Shown here one piece after another: positions 27,677 through 38,208 of a DNA stretch of 64,000 nt (position 1 is the stretch's first letter; each line of letters starts with the position of its first letter). Source of the stretch: Candidatus Kapaibacterium sp. (GTDB taxonomy: Bacteria; Bacteroidota; Ignavibacteria; Kapaibacteriales; UBA2268); the NCBI GenBank assembly GCA_963665665.1, contig OY762428.1:5280001-5344000 (forward strand), in the 5' to 3' direction. Both the position numbers and the translations under genes were made by a program. The notes under the pieces were generated by a model, which made no database searches, was not told the origin of the DNA, and worked only from the letters and a program-made list of their open reading frames with translations.

Positions 27677-28150
27677 GTCATTCTGACGGAGCGAAGCGAC
27701 AGAAGAATCCATCTTCTTTAGTAGCTGATGCATAAAGAATGGATCCTTCGCTTCGCTCAGGATGACACCCGCCAACTATAATAACTTCAATCGGAAAAAG
27801 AATCCACCCCGTCTCGCTGTGCTCGCCACCCCTCAACGAGGGGAATTTTCCGGAAATCCACCCCCGGCCTTTCCCGACACGTCGGCGCCAGCGGTGGACA
27901 TTCCCATCCGTCATTCTGACGGAGCGAAGCGACGGAAGAATCCATCTTCGTTTGCAGATAGTGTGTGAAGAATCCACCCCGTCTCGCTGCGCTCGCCACC
28001 CCTCAACGAGGGGAATTTTTCAGGAAGTCCCCCCCTGTATTCCCCTCCTCCCCGAGGAGGGGATAAGAAATTAAATATCATAAGATTAACTCCCCCTCCT
28101 TCCGAAGGCGGGGGCTCACTTCAAAGGCTTCCCCTTTGGGAGGGGTCGGA
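27677..28150. repeat. Mosaic of REP-like modules
   Basis: GTCATTCTGAC..CTCAGGATGAC pair (27677-27766); two CCACCCCGTCTCGCTG..CCCCTCAACGAGGGGAATTTT copies (about 27804 and 27973); about 28030-28110 repeats about 26765-26845. Confidence 0.85.
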
Positions 28151-28613
28151 AACAGAATTAGAATAATCAATATCTGTGACTTCAAAAATTACGTAGGTTC
28201 CAGATGTCTGAATTTATTCCTATGAAAAAAATATGATAACTATTCTGGCTGTAATGAATCTGAAAAAAAGAACCGAAATATTGGATGACAAGGGATTAGT
28301 TAGTAATATTAAAATATTTACGAACCAATATTAATACAAGTACCATTATTTAAAAGCCACACACATCATTCCGGGTGGTATATGTTTCCAATTACAATTT
28401 AAAAAATTAACAAACAATTGGGTCGGCTGTTCTTCTCCTCTTCATTATCAATTTTTTTATTGCGGCGAAACCGCCGACGGTTTTTATTCCTTTGGATTTA
28501 TGGAGGAATGTAGTTTATTATTCTTCCGAACAACTATTCAAATTTATTTGACAGCCCATCCATAATTACTAATGTCGTATTATAGCCCTTGCTTTGCAAT
28601 AAGTACAACCCAC

Positions 28614-28652
28614 AAAAAAACCTTCCTGAGGTTAATAAACCTGAGGAAGGTT
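28614..28652 (-). terminator. Rho-independent terminator of the M3 peptidase gene
   Basis: AACCTTCCTGAGGTT-AATA-AACCTGAGGAAGGTT stem with an adjoining A-run (U-tract on the minus strand). Confidence 0.65.
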
Positions 28653-28680
28653 GTGGAATATCAATTTATCATCAATATTA

Positions 28681-30804
28681 TTAATCAAGCCCTCTGCGGT
28701 GGAGAAGAGGTTTGATGTCAGGTTCTGATCCGCGGAACTGAACATATAGTTTCATCGGGTCGTCGGAACCGCCTTTTGCAAGAACGTTTTCCCTGTAAAG
28801 CTGAGCCGTCTTCTGGTCAAACAGATCAGTTTCCTTGAAGGCCTGGAATGCGTCGGCATCAAGTACTGCTGACCATATATAGCTATAATAGCCGGCTGAG
28901 TATCCGCCTGCAAAAATGTGACGGAAGTAGGGGCTGCGGTAACGAACGATAATTTCAGGAATAAGGCCCATTTTGTCGAGTGAAGCTTTTTCAAATTCCA
29001 TTGTTTTAACTTTTTCAGCTTTCGTCATAGTGTGCCAGTCCATATCAAGAAGAGCGGCAGACATATATTCTGTTGTTACAAATCCCTGGTTAAATTTTGA
29101 GGATTTGGAAATTTTTTCGATCAGTTCATCCGGGATAACTTCGCCTGTTTCGTAATGTTTGGCATAAAGTTTCAGCATTTCAGGCTCTCCAGCCCAGTTT
29201 TCCATTATCTGCGAAGGAAGTTCAACAAAGTCACGGGGAACATCTGTACCTGATATACCATAATAGTTGCATTCTGAAAGAAGGCCGTGCAGGGCATGTC
29301 CAAACTCATGGAAGAGTGTTGTTACTTCCTCAAAACTGAGAAGAGAAGGTTTGTCGCCTGTTGGCTTGGAGAAGTTACATACATTGCAGATAATAGGTGT
29401 TACTTCTTTTCCATCAAGAACCTGCTGTTTGCGGTATGCATTCATCCATGCTCCGCCGCGTTTGCTTGCTCTCGGAAAATAATCAGTATAAAGGATACCG
29501 ATATGAGAGCCGTCTTTGTCTTTCACTTCAAAAACAGTTACGTCTTCGTGATATTTGGCAATGTCATTTCTTTCTTCGAATGTAATGCCCCAAAGTTTAT
29601 TTGCAAGCATAAATGCACCGTCGCGAACGTTTTCAAGTTTGAAGTAAGGCCTGAGCTGTTCTTCATCAAGGTCGTATTTTGCTTTTCGAACTTTTTCAGT
29701 GTAATACCACCAGTCCCATGGCTGTAGTTTGAAATCGCCGCCTTCTTTGTCAATCATTGCCTGAAGGTCTTTTGCTTCTGTTTTTGCTCTTGCAACAGCA
29801 GGTGTCCATATCTGGCCAAGAAGCTCATAAACTTTATCGGGAGTTTTTGCCATATTGTCTTCCAGAATATATTCAGCCCAGTTATTATATCCAAGCAGAT
29901 TAGCTTTTTCAACTCTTAGTTGAGCAATTCTTGATGCATTATTTTTATTGTCAAGTTCGTCGTTGTTATTACCCATGTTGGCATAAGCCATAAGGATTTT
30001 TTCCCTTAGTTCACGTTTGTCCGAATACTGGATAAAAGGAATAAAGCTTGGTTTCTGGATTGTAAATACCCATTTGTGATCATAACCTTTGGCTTTGGCT
30101 TCTGCCGCAGCGGCGTCAATAACTGATTGGGGAAGTCCTGCCAGGTCTTCTTTATTGTCAAGAACCATTTCGAACTTGTTTGTTTCTTTCAGAACATTCT
30201 CGCCAAAGTTCAGAGTCAGCATGGCAAGTTCTTCGTTGATTTTTTTCATTTTCTCTTTGTCTTCGGCATTCAGGTTAGCGCCGCCCTTAACAAAGTTCTT
30301 ATAATATTTATCAAGAAGCCTGTCCTGTTCTGTTGTAAGGTTTAGTTCGGCTTTTTTATCATTTATCGCTTTAATTCTGCCGAAAAGTTTTTCATTCATG
30401 TAAATATCGTCATTCAGGCCTGAAATCAGCGGAGTAACTTCTTTTGAAATCTCCATAAGTTCGTCACTTGTTTTAGCTGATGTCATGTTGAAAAATACTC
30501 CGGATACTTTACGAAGAAGCGGACCTGAATTATCAAGGGCAACAACTGTGTTCTCGAATGTAGGTTCTTCGGTGTTTTCAGCAATTGCTTTTATTTCGGC
30601 TTTCTTCTCTTCGATTCCTTTTTTCAGTGCCGGAAGGTAGTGCTCGTTTTTAATTTTTTCGAAAGGAGCTGTTCCAAATGGTGTGTCCCACTCAACGAAG
30701 AAAGGATTTTCATCTGTTGTAACGGGTTCCTGAGTCTCATTTTTTGTGCAAGCGGACATGAATACCCCCACAAATGCCATAAGTAATAGTAATTTTTTCA
30801 TCAT
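28681..30804 (-). CDS. dcp: M3 family metallopeptidase, peptidyl-dipeptidase Dcp (lipoprotein)
   Basis: Lipobox MSAC; KRGGAWM, FHEFGHALH, DFVELPSQ, GGYSAGYYSYIWS. Confidence 0.92.
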   Translation of the reverse strand: MMKKLLLLMAFVGVFMSACTKNETQEPVTTDENPFFVEWDTPFGTAPFEKIKNEHYLPALKKGIEEKKAEIKAIAENTEEPTFENTVVALDNSGPLLRKVSGVFFNMTSAKTSDELMEISKEVTPLISGLNDDIYMNEKLFGRIKAINDKKAELNLTTEQDRLLDKYYKNFVKGGANLNAEDKEKMKKINEELAMLTLNFGENVLKETNKFEMVLDNKEDLAGLPQSVIDAAAAEAKAKGYDHKWVFTIQKPSFIPFIQYSDKRELREKILMAYANMGNNNDELDNKNNASRIAQLRVEKANLLGYNNWAEYILEDNMAKTPDKVYELLGQIWTPAVARAKTEAKDLQAMIDKEGGDFKLQPWDWWYYTEKVRKAKYDLDEEQLRPYFKLENVRDGAFMLANKLWGITFEERNDIAKYHEDVTVFEVKDKDGSHIGILYTDYFPRASKRGGAWMNAYRKQQVLDGKEVTPIICNVCNFSKPTGDKPSLLSFEEVTTLFHEFGHALHGLLSECNYYGISGTDVPRDFVELPSQIMENWAGEPEMLKLYAKHYETGEVIPDELIEKISKSSKFNQGFVTTEYMSAALLDMDWHTMTKAEKVKTMEFEKASLDKMGLIPEIIVRYRSPYFRHIFAGGYSAGYYSYIWSAVLDADAFQAFKETDLFDQKTAQLYRENVLAKGGSDDPMKLYVQFRGSEPDIKPLLHRRGLD

Positions 30805-31034
30805 ATCTTTTAGTTAGTTAAACAAACATTTCTAAAATCAATGTTCAAAATAATCATAAAAGAGCATATCTAAAAATAGTATTGTCATTTTTTTTTCGGG
30901 CAATAAAACCATAATCATGTTCGTTATAGGGTGTAAACTATATGATTGACAAGTAATATAAATTTATACTTGCATTTGGGAATAATTTTTACTTTATTAA
31001 CTTACTTATAATTTGACATTTATCGGGATTTGAT

Positions 31035-32276
31035 ATGAAGAAGTCCTTACTGATTTTAATCCAATTTTTAATAATTTTTACTACTTCTCTGATCTTTGCT
31101 GATTCAAATAATTCAATAGCAGTAAAGGATGCCATTGAAATTGCAGAAAAGAATAACCCTGAGCTGAACGCGATGAAAAACGAGCTTGAAGCACTCGGTT
31201 ACAGGAAAACATCAGTTTACAGCCCTGAAAAAACATTTATCAATTACGCAGAAGAAGGTGTAAACGGTAATTTTTACGCAGAAAAGCGTTTCAGTATTAT
31301 ACAGGGATTTGATTTCCCGTTAAAAACAATTTACAGGGCATCTGCTATAAATGCTGAACGGGAAAGCCTGGAATTAAAAATTGATTCAAGGATTAGGGAG
31401 ATCAAAGCTGAAGTAAAAAAAACTTATTCACGGCTTGCATATTATCAGCAGGTTTTGAAGATACGGCAGATTCAGACTTCCCTTGCTGACTCTCTGAATA
31501 AGGCGGTATATTTCAGATTTGAGGCCGGATATGCAACTGAACTTGACAAAATGAAATCCGAGATATTTCTTGAAGAAGCCCGAAACGACCTGAATGATAT
31601 TAAAGTGAAGCTTCATGTTTCCCGTTATGATCTGTTCACTTTGATTGGACTCGACCCGGAAAAACAATCTTACGATATTGAATTTCCTGATTCACTTGTA
31701 TACAGGGATGTAGAAATTATTCAAAATGAAGTTCTGGGACTTCTCGAAAAATACCCGGGTGTTAGCAGCAGTATGAAAAAACAGGAAATTTATAATAACT
31801 ATGCTAAAGCAGCCACCGCTGATCTGCTACCGGATTTGAACCTGGCTTATCATAAACATGATTACGGAGACGGCTTTGATTTTTTCGGTTTTGAAGTAGG
31901 CCTTAGCTTACCGGTTTGGTTTTTCCTTGATCAATCTGCAAAAGCACAGGAACAGACTCTTCTTGGTGAAAATGCAAGATGGCTGCACAAGCAAAGCCTG
32001 CTTGCCTGGAAAAAGGAAATTGAATATTCATGGCATGGTTACGACGAAAGCAGAAAAAAAATTAAAAGGTTTAACGAGAAGATCAGGAATAAATCCCTGA
32101 AACTGCGGGAACTGACTTTTCTTGCCTACAGGGAGGGACAGATCGGTTTGCTTCAGATGCTTGATGCCGAGAAAATTTACCTTGACAACGAGCTAAGGTA
32201 TCTTGAAGAACTTTTGAATTACTATTTAAATATCCTTGACCTTGAAAAATTTACTAATGAAAACTATTTATTCTAA
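31035..32276 (+). CDS. TolC family outer-membrane efflux protein (CzcC-like)
   Basis: Signal peptide; AIEIAEKNNPEL, LLPDLNL, GLSLPVW, AYREGQIGLLQMLDA; first gene of an RND operon. Confidence 0.88.
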   Translation: MKKSLLILIQFLIIFTTSLIFADSNNSIAVKDAIEIAEKNNPELNAMKNELEALGYRKTSVYSPEKTFINYAEEGVNGNFYAEKRFSIIQGFDFPLKTIYRASAINAERESLELKIDSRIREIKAEVKKTYSRLAYYQQVLKIRQIQTSLADSLNKAVYFRFEAGYATELDKMKSEIFLEEARNDLNDIKVKLHVSRYDLFTLIGLDPEKQSYDIEFPDSLVYRDVEIIQNEVLGLLEKYPGVSSSMKKQEIYNNYAKAATADLLPDLNLAYHKHDYGDGFDFFGFEVGLSLPVWFFLDQSAKAQEQTLLGENARWLHKQSLLAWKKEIEYSWHGYDESRKKIKRFNEKIRNKSLKLRELTFLAYREGQIGLLQMLDAEKIYLDNELRYLEELLNYYLNILDLEKFTNENYLF

Positions 32277-32292
32277 TTCATCGGAGCCCAAA

Positions 32293-33480
32293 ATGATAAA
32301 AAACAGGCTTATAATATTATTAATATCTGTTGTTTTTATCTCATCATGTTCGGACAATAAACCGGAAGTTAATGAGAATGTTGAGTCGCTGCCTCCTTCA
32401 ATTGCAGTTCAGGAAGAAACTGTTTCCTCAGTAATTGAACTTTCGGACGAACAGGCCGGACAGCTTAATATTGAAACCGAATCAGTTAAAGCAGGCCGGC
32501 TGGATATTAAAATTGCAGCACCTGCAAATGTTTTTCCGGCACCGGAAAATCTAAGGATAATATCTGCACCTGTCAGCGGCAGGGTTGTTGCTATAAATTA
32601 TCACGAAGGCAATATGGTAAGCAAAGGAGATATCCTTCTCGAAATTGAAAGCCTTGACTTTGCCAACATGGTTTCGGAGTATTTAAGATCATTAGCAGAT
32701 AAGGAATATTATTCCAGCAATTACAACCGTCTTAATAAACTTGCCAAACAAAATATAAGCAGCAGGAGCGACCTGGAAAAAGCTGAAAGCGAACTCAGGA
32801 GAGCTTCCAACTTATTAACTGCGGCACATTCAAAACTTCTGGCAATTGGCATCAGCCAAAAAGAAATGAATGCATGGGCTAACGGAGCCGATCCGGGAGC
32901 TATTATTAAAATACGTGCCGGTATAAGCGGTAAGCTGAACGAGCACCTTGTTGATATGGGACAGGCAGTAAATATATACGACAAGATGCTAACGATTATA
33001 AATCCAAGTAAGGTAATGATTAAAGGGTTTTTATCGCCTCATGACGCATCACTTGTAAGGCCGGGTGATACGGCTTTTACCGAAACACTCAAAGGGCATG
33101 AGCACAGCAGGGTTGCCGGAATTATCCATTCTATAAACCCCGCCCTTGATGAAAACAACAAATCTGTGGTTGTAAATGTTATGGCTTCTCCGAACAATGG
33201 CTGGCCAAGGCCGGGACAAAGCATAAGGCTGGTAATTGATTCCAAAACCGACGACAATGTGATATACATTCCTGTAAAAGCAATTGTTTATGATGGTGAT
33301 AAAGCATTGGTTTTCGTCAAAAAGTCCGGAAACCAATGGGAGAAGAGATATATTGAAATAAAAAGGTCATTCGAAGATTTTGCTGTTGTTCAAAGCGGCC
33401 TGAAGGCCGGAGAGGAAGTAGCTGTTTCGAAGATATTCAACCTGAAAGCGCTCGCCAGATTCGAGCAATTTGCCGATTAA
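32293..33480 (+). CDS. RND efflux periplasmic adaptor subunit (CzcB-like)
   Basis: Lipobox ISSC; ISAPVSGRV..GNMVSKGDILL lipoyl-like motif; IPVKAIV, SGLKAGEEV. Start moved to 32293. Confidence 0.9.
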   Translation: MIKNRLIILLISVVFISSCSDNKPEVNENVESLPPSIAVQEETVSSVIELSDEQAGQLNIETESVKAGRLDIKIAAPANVFPAPENLRIISAPVSGRVVAINYHEGNMVSKGDILLEIESLDFANMVSEYLRSLADKEYYSSNYNRLNKLAKQNISSRSDLEKAESELRRASNLLTAAHSKLLAIGISQKEMNAWANGADPGAIIKIRAGISGKLNEHLVDMGQAVNIYDKMLTIINPSKVMIKGFLSPHDASLVRPGDTAFTETLKGHEHSRVAGIIHSINPALDENNKSVVVNVMASPNNGWPRPGQSIRLVIDSKTDDNVIYIPVKAIVYDGDKALVFVKKSGNQWEKRYIEIKRSFEDFAVVQSGLKAGEEVAVSKIFNLKALARFEQFAD

Positions 33481-33501
33481 TGAATTTCACGGAGTAAAAA
33501 A

Positions 33502-36500
33502 GTGATTTTAAATAAAATTATTGATTTTAGTTTAAGGCAAAAACTTGTTGCCATATCAATTATTCTGCTGATGGGATTCGGGGGCTTTCTCTCGCTAAGG
33601 GATATCCCAATAAACTCCCTGCCGGATGTTACTCCCGTTCAGGTACTGGTTATAACCAAAGCTGGCAGGTATTCTCCTTATGACGTTGAAAAACTTGTAA
33701 GTTACCCGATAGAAAATGCAATGAACGGACTCCCGGAAGTTAAAGAGATCCGTTCGATTTCCCAGTTCGGTTTATCAGCAGTAACAATTGAATTTGAAGA
33801 AAGTACAGATATTTATTTTGCCCGGCAAATGGTAAGCCAGCGCCTGCAAAGCATTGTAGACGAACTCCCGGAGGGTGTATCATCGCCTCAGTTGGGGCCA
33901 ATATCCACAGCTCTTGGCGAGATTTACCAGTACGTTGTCCGGGGCGACGGTCATTCGCTTACCGAGTTGAGAACTATACAGGACTGGATGATAGCCCCGC
34001 AGCTAAAAACAATAAAAGGGGTAACTGAAATTACAGCATTCGGCGGGTATGTAAAGCAGTACGACCTGACAATATTACCAGGCAGGCTAAGGATGCTTAA
34101 TATCGGCCTGAACGATGTTTTGGCTGCTATTGCAAATAATAACAGTGTTTCAGGTGGTAATTACCTCGAGCATAACCGTGAGCAATATATTATCCGGGGT
34201 TACGGACAGATAAAAAAAGAATCTGATATCGGTGATATAGTCGTTACCAACCTGAACGGACGGCCAATTTTTATACGAGACATCGCAGAAATCAGTATTG
34301 GCCGGCAAATGCGCCAGGGAGCTGTAACCCAGGATGGACAGGGCGAAGTTGTTACCGGCATAATTATGATGCTTCGCGGGGGGAATTCAAGGGATGTTAT
34401 AGAGTCAATTGTTGATAAAATTGAAAATATCAGCCTGTCTCTGCCAGAAGGTGTTTCAATTGATAAATTCTACGACCAGTCCGACCTGATCAGCAGAACT
34501 ACCGGCACTTTAACAACGAACCTGCTTGAAGGCGGCTTCTTTGTTATAGTAGTATTACTATTACTACTTGGTGAAATTCGTGGAGCGCTTATCGTTGCCT
34601 CGGTAATTCCTCTTTCAATGCTTTTTGCATTTATTGGAATGCGTGAATTCGGGTTGGCGGCAAACCTGATGAGCCTTGGAGCCATTGACTTTGGTATGGT
34701 TGTGGACGGCTCGGTGGTGATGATTGAAAACCTTGTACACAGGCTGCAAAATGCCGGGGAGGGAAAATCAAAGATAAAAATTATGCGAGAGGCTGCCCAC
34801 GAGGTTTCCCGCCCGATATTCTTCGGTGTATTAATAATATTAATGGTTTATGTTCCGATAATGACTTTCAGCGGTATGGAGGGCATTCTGTACCGACCGA
34901 TGGCAATTACCGTTGCAACTGCAGTATTTGGTTCGCTGATAATCGCACTCGTTTATGTGCCTGCTATGGCGGCTTTCGTATTCAGGAAAGGCATAAAAGT
35001 CAGGAAGAATTTTATTATAGGAAAGTTGCAGCCGGTTTATAAAAAATTCCTTGAAAGAGTAATAAATAAAAAATTAGCTGCTATTATAGTTTCCGTGATA
35101 TTACTTATTGCATCGCTATCCCTGATTCCTTTCATGGGAACGGAATTCCTTCCGGAACTTGACGAAGGCTCTATTCTTGTTGAACAGGTAAGAATGCCAA
35201 GCGTAACACTGAAGGAATCAGTTCAAAATGCCAACTGGCTTGCAGGAATACTTGTAAAGGAAATTCCCGAGATACAGACCGTTGTTCCTAAAACAGGACG
35301 TTCCGACCTTGCTAACGACTGGATGGGCGTTCACCAGACCGACGTCTGGGTGCTGCTAAAACATCCCGACGAATGGCGGCCCGGGATGACAAAAGAAGAT
35401 ATACAGGATATGATACGTCCTTACCTTGAAAAGGAACCGGGGCTTTCATACAACTTTACACAGCCGATAGCAATGCGTGTGGACGAGCTAACTTCCGGAG
35501 TTAAATCCGACGTAGCTGTTAAAATTTATGGCGAAGGGCTTGAAGAACTGAACGCTATAGGCCAGGAGATATTAAAAGCGGCGCAAACCCTTCCCGGAAC
35601 TGATAATGTTTATCTTGAACAGCCCATTGGCCAGCCTTACCTGAACATTGATATCGACCGCGAAGCCGTTGCGAATTATGGCCTGAATGTTGACGAAGTG
35701 CAGCGTGTGGTTGAAGTGGGAATAGGTGGTTCACCTGCCGGCGAAGTTTTCGAAGGACAGAAAAGATTTGAAATTGTAGCAAGATTTCCACAGGCGCTCA
35801 GGGATAACTTCGATGAGATTGGCAATGTGCCTGTTCACCTGCCCAAGGGAGGCTTCATTCCTTTGAAAGAAGTGGCCGATATTTATCCGCAGGAGGGCCC
35901 GAGAGAGATATTCCGCGAGAACGGATGGCGGCGCGTGGTGGTAAGTATAAACCTTGCCGGAATTGATATTGGTACCTACGTTGCAAACCTGAAGGATGCC
36001 ATATCCAAATCGTCGAATATACCATCCGGTTACTTTATTGAATACGGTGGTGCATTCGAAAACCAGCAAAGGGCTATGAACCACCTGATGCTTGTGGTTC
36101 CACTTTCACTTATGATCATACTCGGCCTGCTTTACATGATGTTCGGCAGGATAAGATATGCCAACCTGATTTTCCTTAATCTGCCATTTGCTCTTTCCGG
36201 CGGGATAATATTACTCTGGCTCAGAGGATTGTACCTGTCGGTTTCAGCAAGTATCGGATTCGTTGCTTTATTTGGCGTAGCGGTGCTGAACGGTATTGTG
36301 CTTGTAGCTCATCTGAACGAATTACGCCAGAAGGGTGTTTCGCTAAAGGAAGCAGTGATAAAAGGGGCTTCGGACAGGCTGAGGCCGGTATTGATGACGG
36401 CCCTCGTGGCAAGTCTCGGTTTTATTCCCATGGCGTTCAATACAGGACCAGGATCAGAGGTTCAAAGGCCGCTTGCAACAGTCGTTATCGGCGGACTGAT

Positions 36501-36594
36501 AACAGCTACGCTGCTTACACTTCTGGTACTTCCTACAATCTACTACTGGATTGAATCCGACGACAGGCTGCCACAAAACGAAGCTGAATTTTAG
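33502..36594 (+). CDS. czcA: CusA/CzcA family heavy-metal RND efflux transporter
   Basis: LPDVTPVQV, ANLMSLGAIDFGMVVDGSVVMIEN, RLRPVLMTA, EVQRPLATVVIGG. Confidence 0.92.
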   Translation: MILNKIIDFSLRQKLVAISIILLMGFGGFLSLRDIPINSLPDVTPVQVLVITKAGRYSPYDVEKLVSYPIENAMNGLPEVKEIRSISQFGLSAVTIEFEESTDIYFARQMVSQRLQSIVDELPEGVSSPQLGPISTALGEIYQYVVRGDGHSLTELRTIQDWMIAPQLKTIKGVTEITAFGGYVKQYDLTILPGRLRMLNIGLNDVLAAIANNNSVSGGNYLEHNREQYIIRGYGQIKKESDIGDIVVTNLNGRPIFIRDIAEISIGRQMRQGAVTQDGQGEVVTGIIMMLRGGNSRDVIESIVDKIENISLSLPEGVSIDKFYDQSDLISRTTGTLTTNLLEGGFFVIVVLLLLLGEIRGALIVASVIPLSMLFAFIGMREFGLAANLMSLGAIDFGMVVDGSVVMIENLVHRLQNAGEGKSKIKIMREAAHEVSRPIFFGVLIILMVYVPIMTFSGMEGILYRPMAITVATAVFGSLIIALVYVPAMAAFVFRKGIKVRKNFIIGKLQPVYKKFLERVINKKLAAIIVSVILLIASLSLIPFMGTEFLPELDEGSILVEQVRMPSVTLKESVQNANWLAGILVKEIPEIQTVVPKTGRSDLANDWMGVHQTDVWVLLKHPDEWRPGMTKEDIQDMIRPYLEKEPGLSYNFTQPIAMRVDELTSGVKSDVAVKIYGEGLEELNAIGQEILKAAQTLPGTDNVYLEQPIGQPYLNIDIDREAVANYGLNVDEVQRVVEVGIGGSPAGEVFEGQKRFEIVARFPQALRDNFDEIGNVPVHLPKGGFIPLKEVADIYPQEGPREIFRENGWRRVVVSINLAGIDIGTYVANLKDAISKSSNIPSGYFIEYGGAFENQQRAMNHLMLVVPLSLMIILGLLYMMFGRIRYANLIFLNLPFALSGGIILLWLRGLYLSVSASIGFVALFGVAVLNGIVLVAHLNELRQKGVSLKEAVIKGASDRLRPVLMTALVASLGFIPMAFNTGPGSEVQRPLATVVIGGLITATLLTLLVLPTIYYWIESDDRLPQNEAEF

Positions 36595-36603
36595 CTTGAA
36601 ACT

Positions 36604-36638
36604 CAGACGTCCGGCTCTACAAAGGTGCTGGACGTCTG
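36604..36638. repeat. 14-7-14 hairpin repeat, copy 1 (also a possible terminator of czcA)
   Basis: CAGACGTCCGGCTC-TACAAAG-GTGCTGGACGTCTG. Confidence 0.7.
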
Positions 36639-36721
36639 AATTAAATCCATCAAAAAATTCATTTATCACTGCCCTTCAGATATTACTAAAAGGGAAAAAT
36701 GTCCAAAATCTTACTTATTTT

Positions 36722-36838
36722 ACCTTGGATTCTAACCATATTTTTGATCATTTTACCTTGGATTTTGACCATTTTTTTGATCATTTTACCTTGGATTTTG
36801 ACCATTTTTTATTTATATTAACCTTGGATTTTGACCAT
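36722..36838 (+). repeat. Four direct repeats of ACCTTGGATTTTGACCAT at an exact 33-bp period
   Basis: Starts at 36722, 36755, 36788 and 36821; the first copy has two mismatches. Confidence 0.9.
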
Positions 36839-36853
36839 ATAAGGATATATCAA

Positions 36854-38194
36854 ATGAAAAGAACTATATATAAATATCTGATTAAATGGAAAAATGAACC
36901 TTCAAGAAAACCATTGTTGCTACGCGGAGCAAGGCAAACCGGTAAAACATATATTGTTGAGGAATTTGGTTCGAATGAATTTGATAACGTTATTACATTG
37001 AACTTTGAAAGAAATCCTGAGTACAAAGCTATTTTTGATACCTATGACACAAATGATATCCTTGAAAAAATTACTTTATTTACCGGACGATCTTTTAGCA
37101 TTGGAAAAACCCTGATCTTTTTGGATGAAATTCAGGACTGCCCGAAAGCAATTATCGCTCTCCGATATTTTTATGAAGAGAAACCTGATATTCATATTAT
37201 TGGGGCGGGATCATTGCTTGAGTTCAGTTTGAATTCCGAAGACTTCAGAATGCCGGTTGGCCGCATTCAGTATATGTTTATGTATCCAATGTCCTTTATT
37301 GAATTTTTAAATGCTATAGGCGAAATTGCTTTAGCTGATTATATTCAAAAGTTTGAAAATCTGAATAAATTAACCCCCGAACTACATGAAAAACTATTAT
37401 CATTAGTTCAAAAATACTTTATCACAGGTGGTATGCCGGAAGTTGTTCAGGAATATATTTCATCAAATGATTTCATTAAATGCAGAAGGATTCAAAGATC
37501 GATACTTGATACATATATTGACGACTTTGCAAAATATTCAAGTATTATTAAGCACAAATATTTAAAAACAGTCTTCAATTCAATTCCATCTATTTTGGGA
37601 AACAAAGTTGTTTACTCCAAGATTGAAAGTTCATATAAATCCAGAGATTTAAAAGAAGCAATAGAACTTCTTGAAACAGCGGGTATAATTACCAGGTGCA
37701 TACGTTCAGGCGGTTCGGGAATTCCATTGAAAGCATCCGTCAGAGAAAATTTTTACAAATTGATTTTTCTTGATATTGGTTTATTCAATTCTTTAAGCGG
37801 TATGATTGAAAAAACTGCGAATGAAAAGAACCTTGATGTGATCTTCAAAGGCGCTGCAACAGAACAGTTTGTAGGACAGGAAATAATTTGCAGCCAAAGC
37901 CCGTTTACCAAACCCGGCCTTTTTTATTGGGCAAGAGAAGCTAAAAACAGCAATGCCAAGCTTGACTTTTTAATTGAAAAAGGTGGCGAAGTAATTCCTA
38001 TAGAAGTTAAATCAGGTAAAAAAGGAGTATATAAAAGCTTAAATATGTTTATTGAGAAATTTAATTCAAAGAATGCTCTAAAAATTTCTCAAAATCAATA
38101 TAGTGTAGAGAATAACATTATTTCATTACCATTATATGGGATCAATTCTTATATCAGGAATGCAGAAGTCCGACACATGCGAGGTGTTGAATAA
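36854..38194 (+). CDS. AAA_14 ATPase with C-terminal DUF4143 (PD-(D/E)xK-like) domain
   Basis: LLRGARQTGKT, IFLDEIQ, GAGSLL, GGMPEVV, KLIFLDIGL, DFLIE..IPIEVKSG; true start MKRTIY at 36854 with AAGGA RBS. Confidence 0.9.
   Translation: MKRTIYKYLIKWKNEPSRKPLLLRGARQTGKTYIVEEFGSNEFDNVITLNFERNPEYKAIFDTYDTNDILEKITLFTGRSFSIGKTLIFLDEIQDCPKAIIALRYFYEEKPDIHIIGAGSLLEFSLNSEDFRMPVGRIQYMFMYPMSFIEFLNAIGEIALADYIQKFENLNKLTPELHEKLLSLVQKYFITGGMPEVVQEYISSNDFIKCRRIQRSILDTYIDDFAKYSSIIKHKYLKTVFNSIPSILGNKVVYSKIESSYKSRDLKEAIELLETAGIITRCIRSGGSGIPLKASVRENFYKLIFLDIGLFNSLSGMIEKTANEKNLDVIFKGAATEQFVGQEIICSQSPFTKPGLFYWAREAKNSNAKLDFLIEKGGEVIPIEVKSGKKGVYKSLNMFIEKFNSKNALKISQNQYSVENNIISLPLYGINSYIRNAEVRHMRGVE
38163..38189. repeat. 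14-7-14 hairpin repeat, truncated copy 2, overlapping the ATPase 3' end
   Basis: CAGAAGTCCGACAC-ATGCGAG-GTGTTG, then homology stops. Confidence 0.6.
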
Positions 38195-38208
38195 TAAAAA
38201 AGAACTTA

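Noticed and set aside
28150-28610. Possible gene remnant in the AT-rich gap before the dcp terminator
   Set aside because: No ORF of 60 aa or more and no recognisable motif in the frames I read
36722-36838. 33-bp repeats as a mini-CRISPR
   Set aside because: The 15-nt inter-box segments are near-identical T-rich sequence, too short and not unique
36551-36853. 101-aa N-terminal extension of the AAA/DUF4143 ORF
   Set aside because: It overlaps czcA and reads through the hairpin and the 33-bp repeats; the family-typical start MKR with an RBS is at 36854
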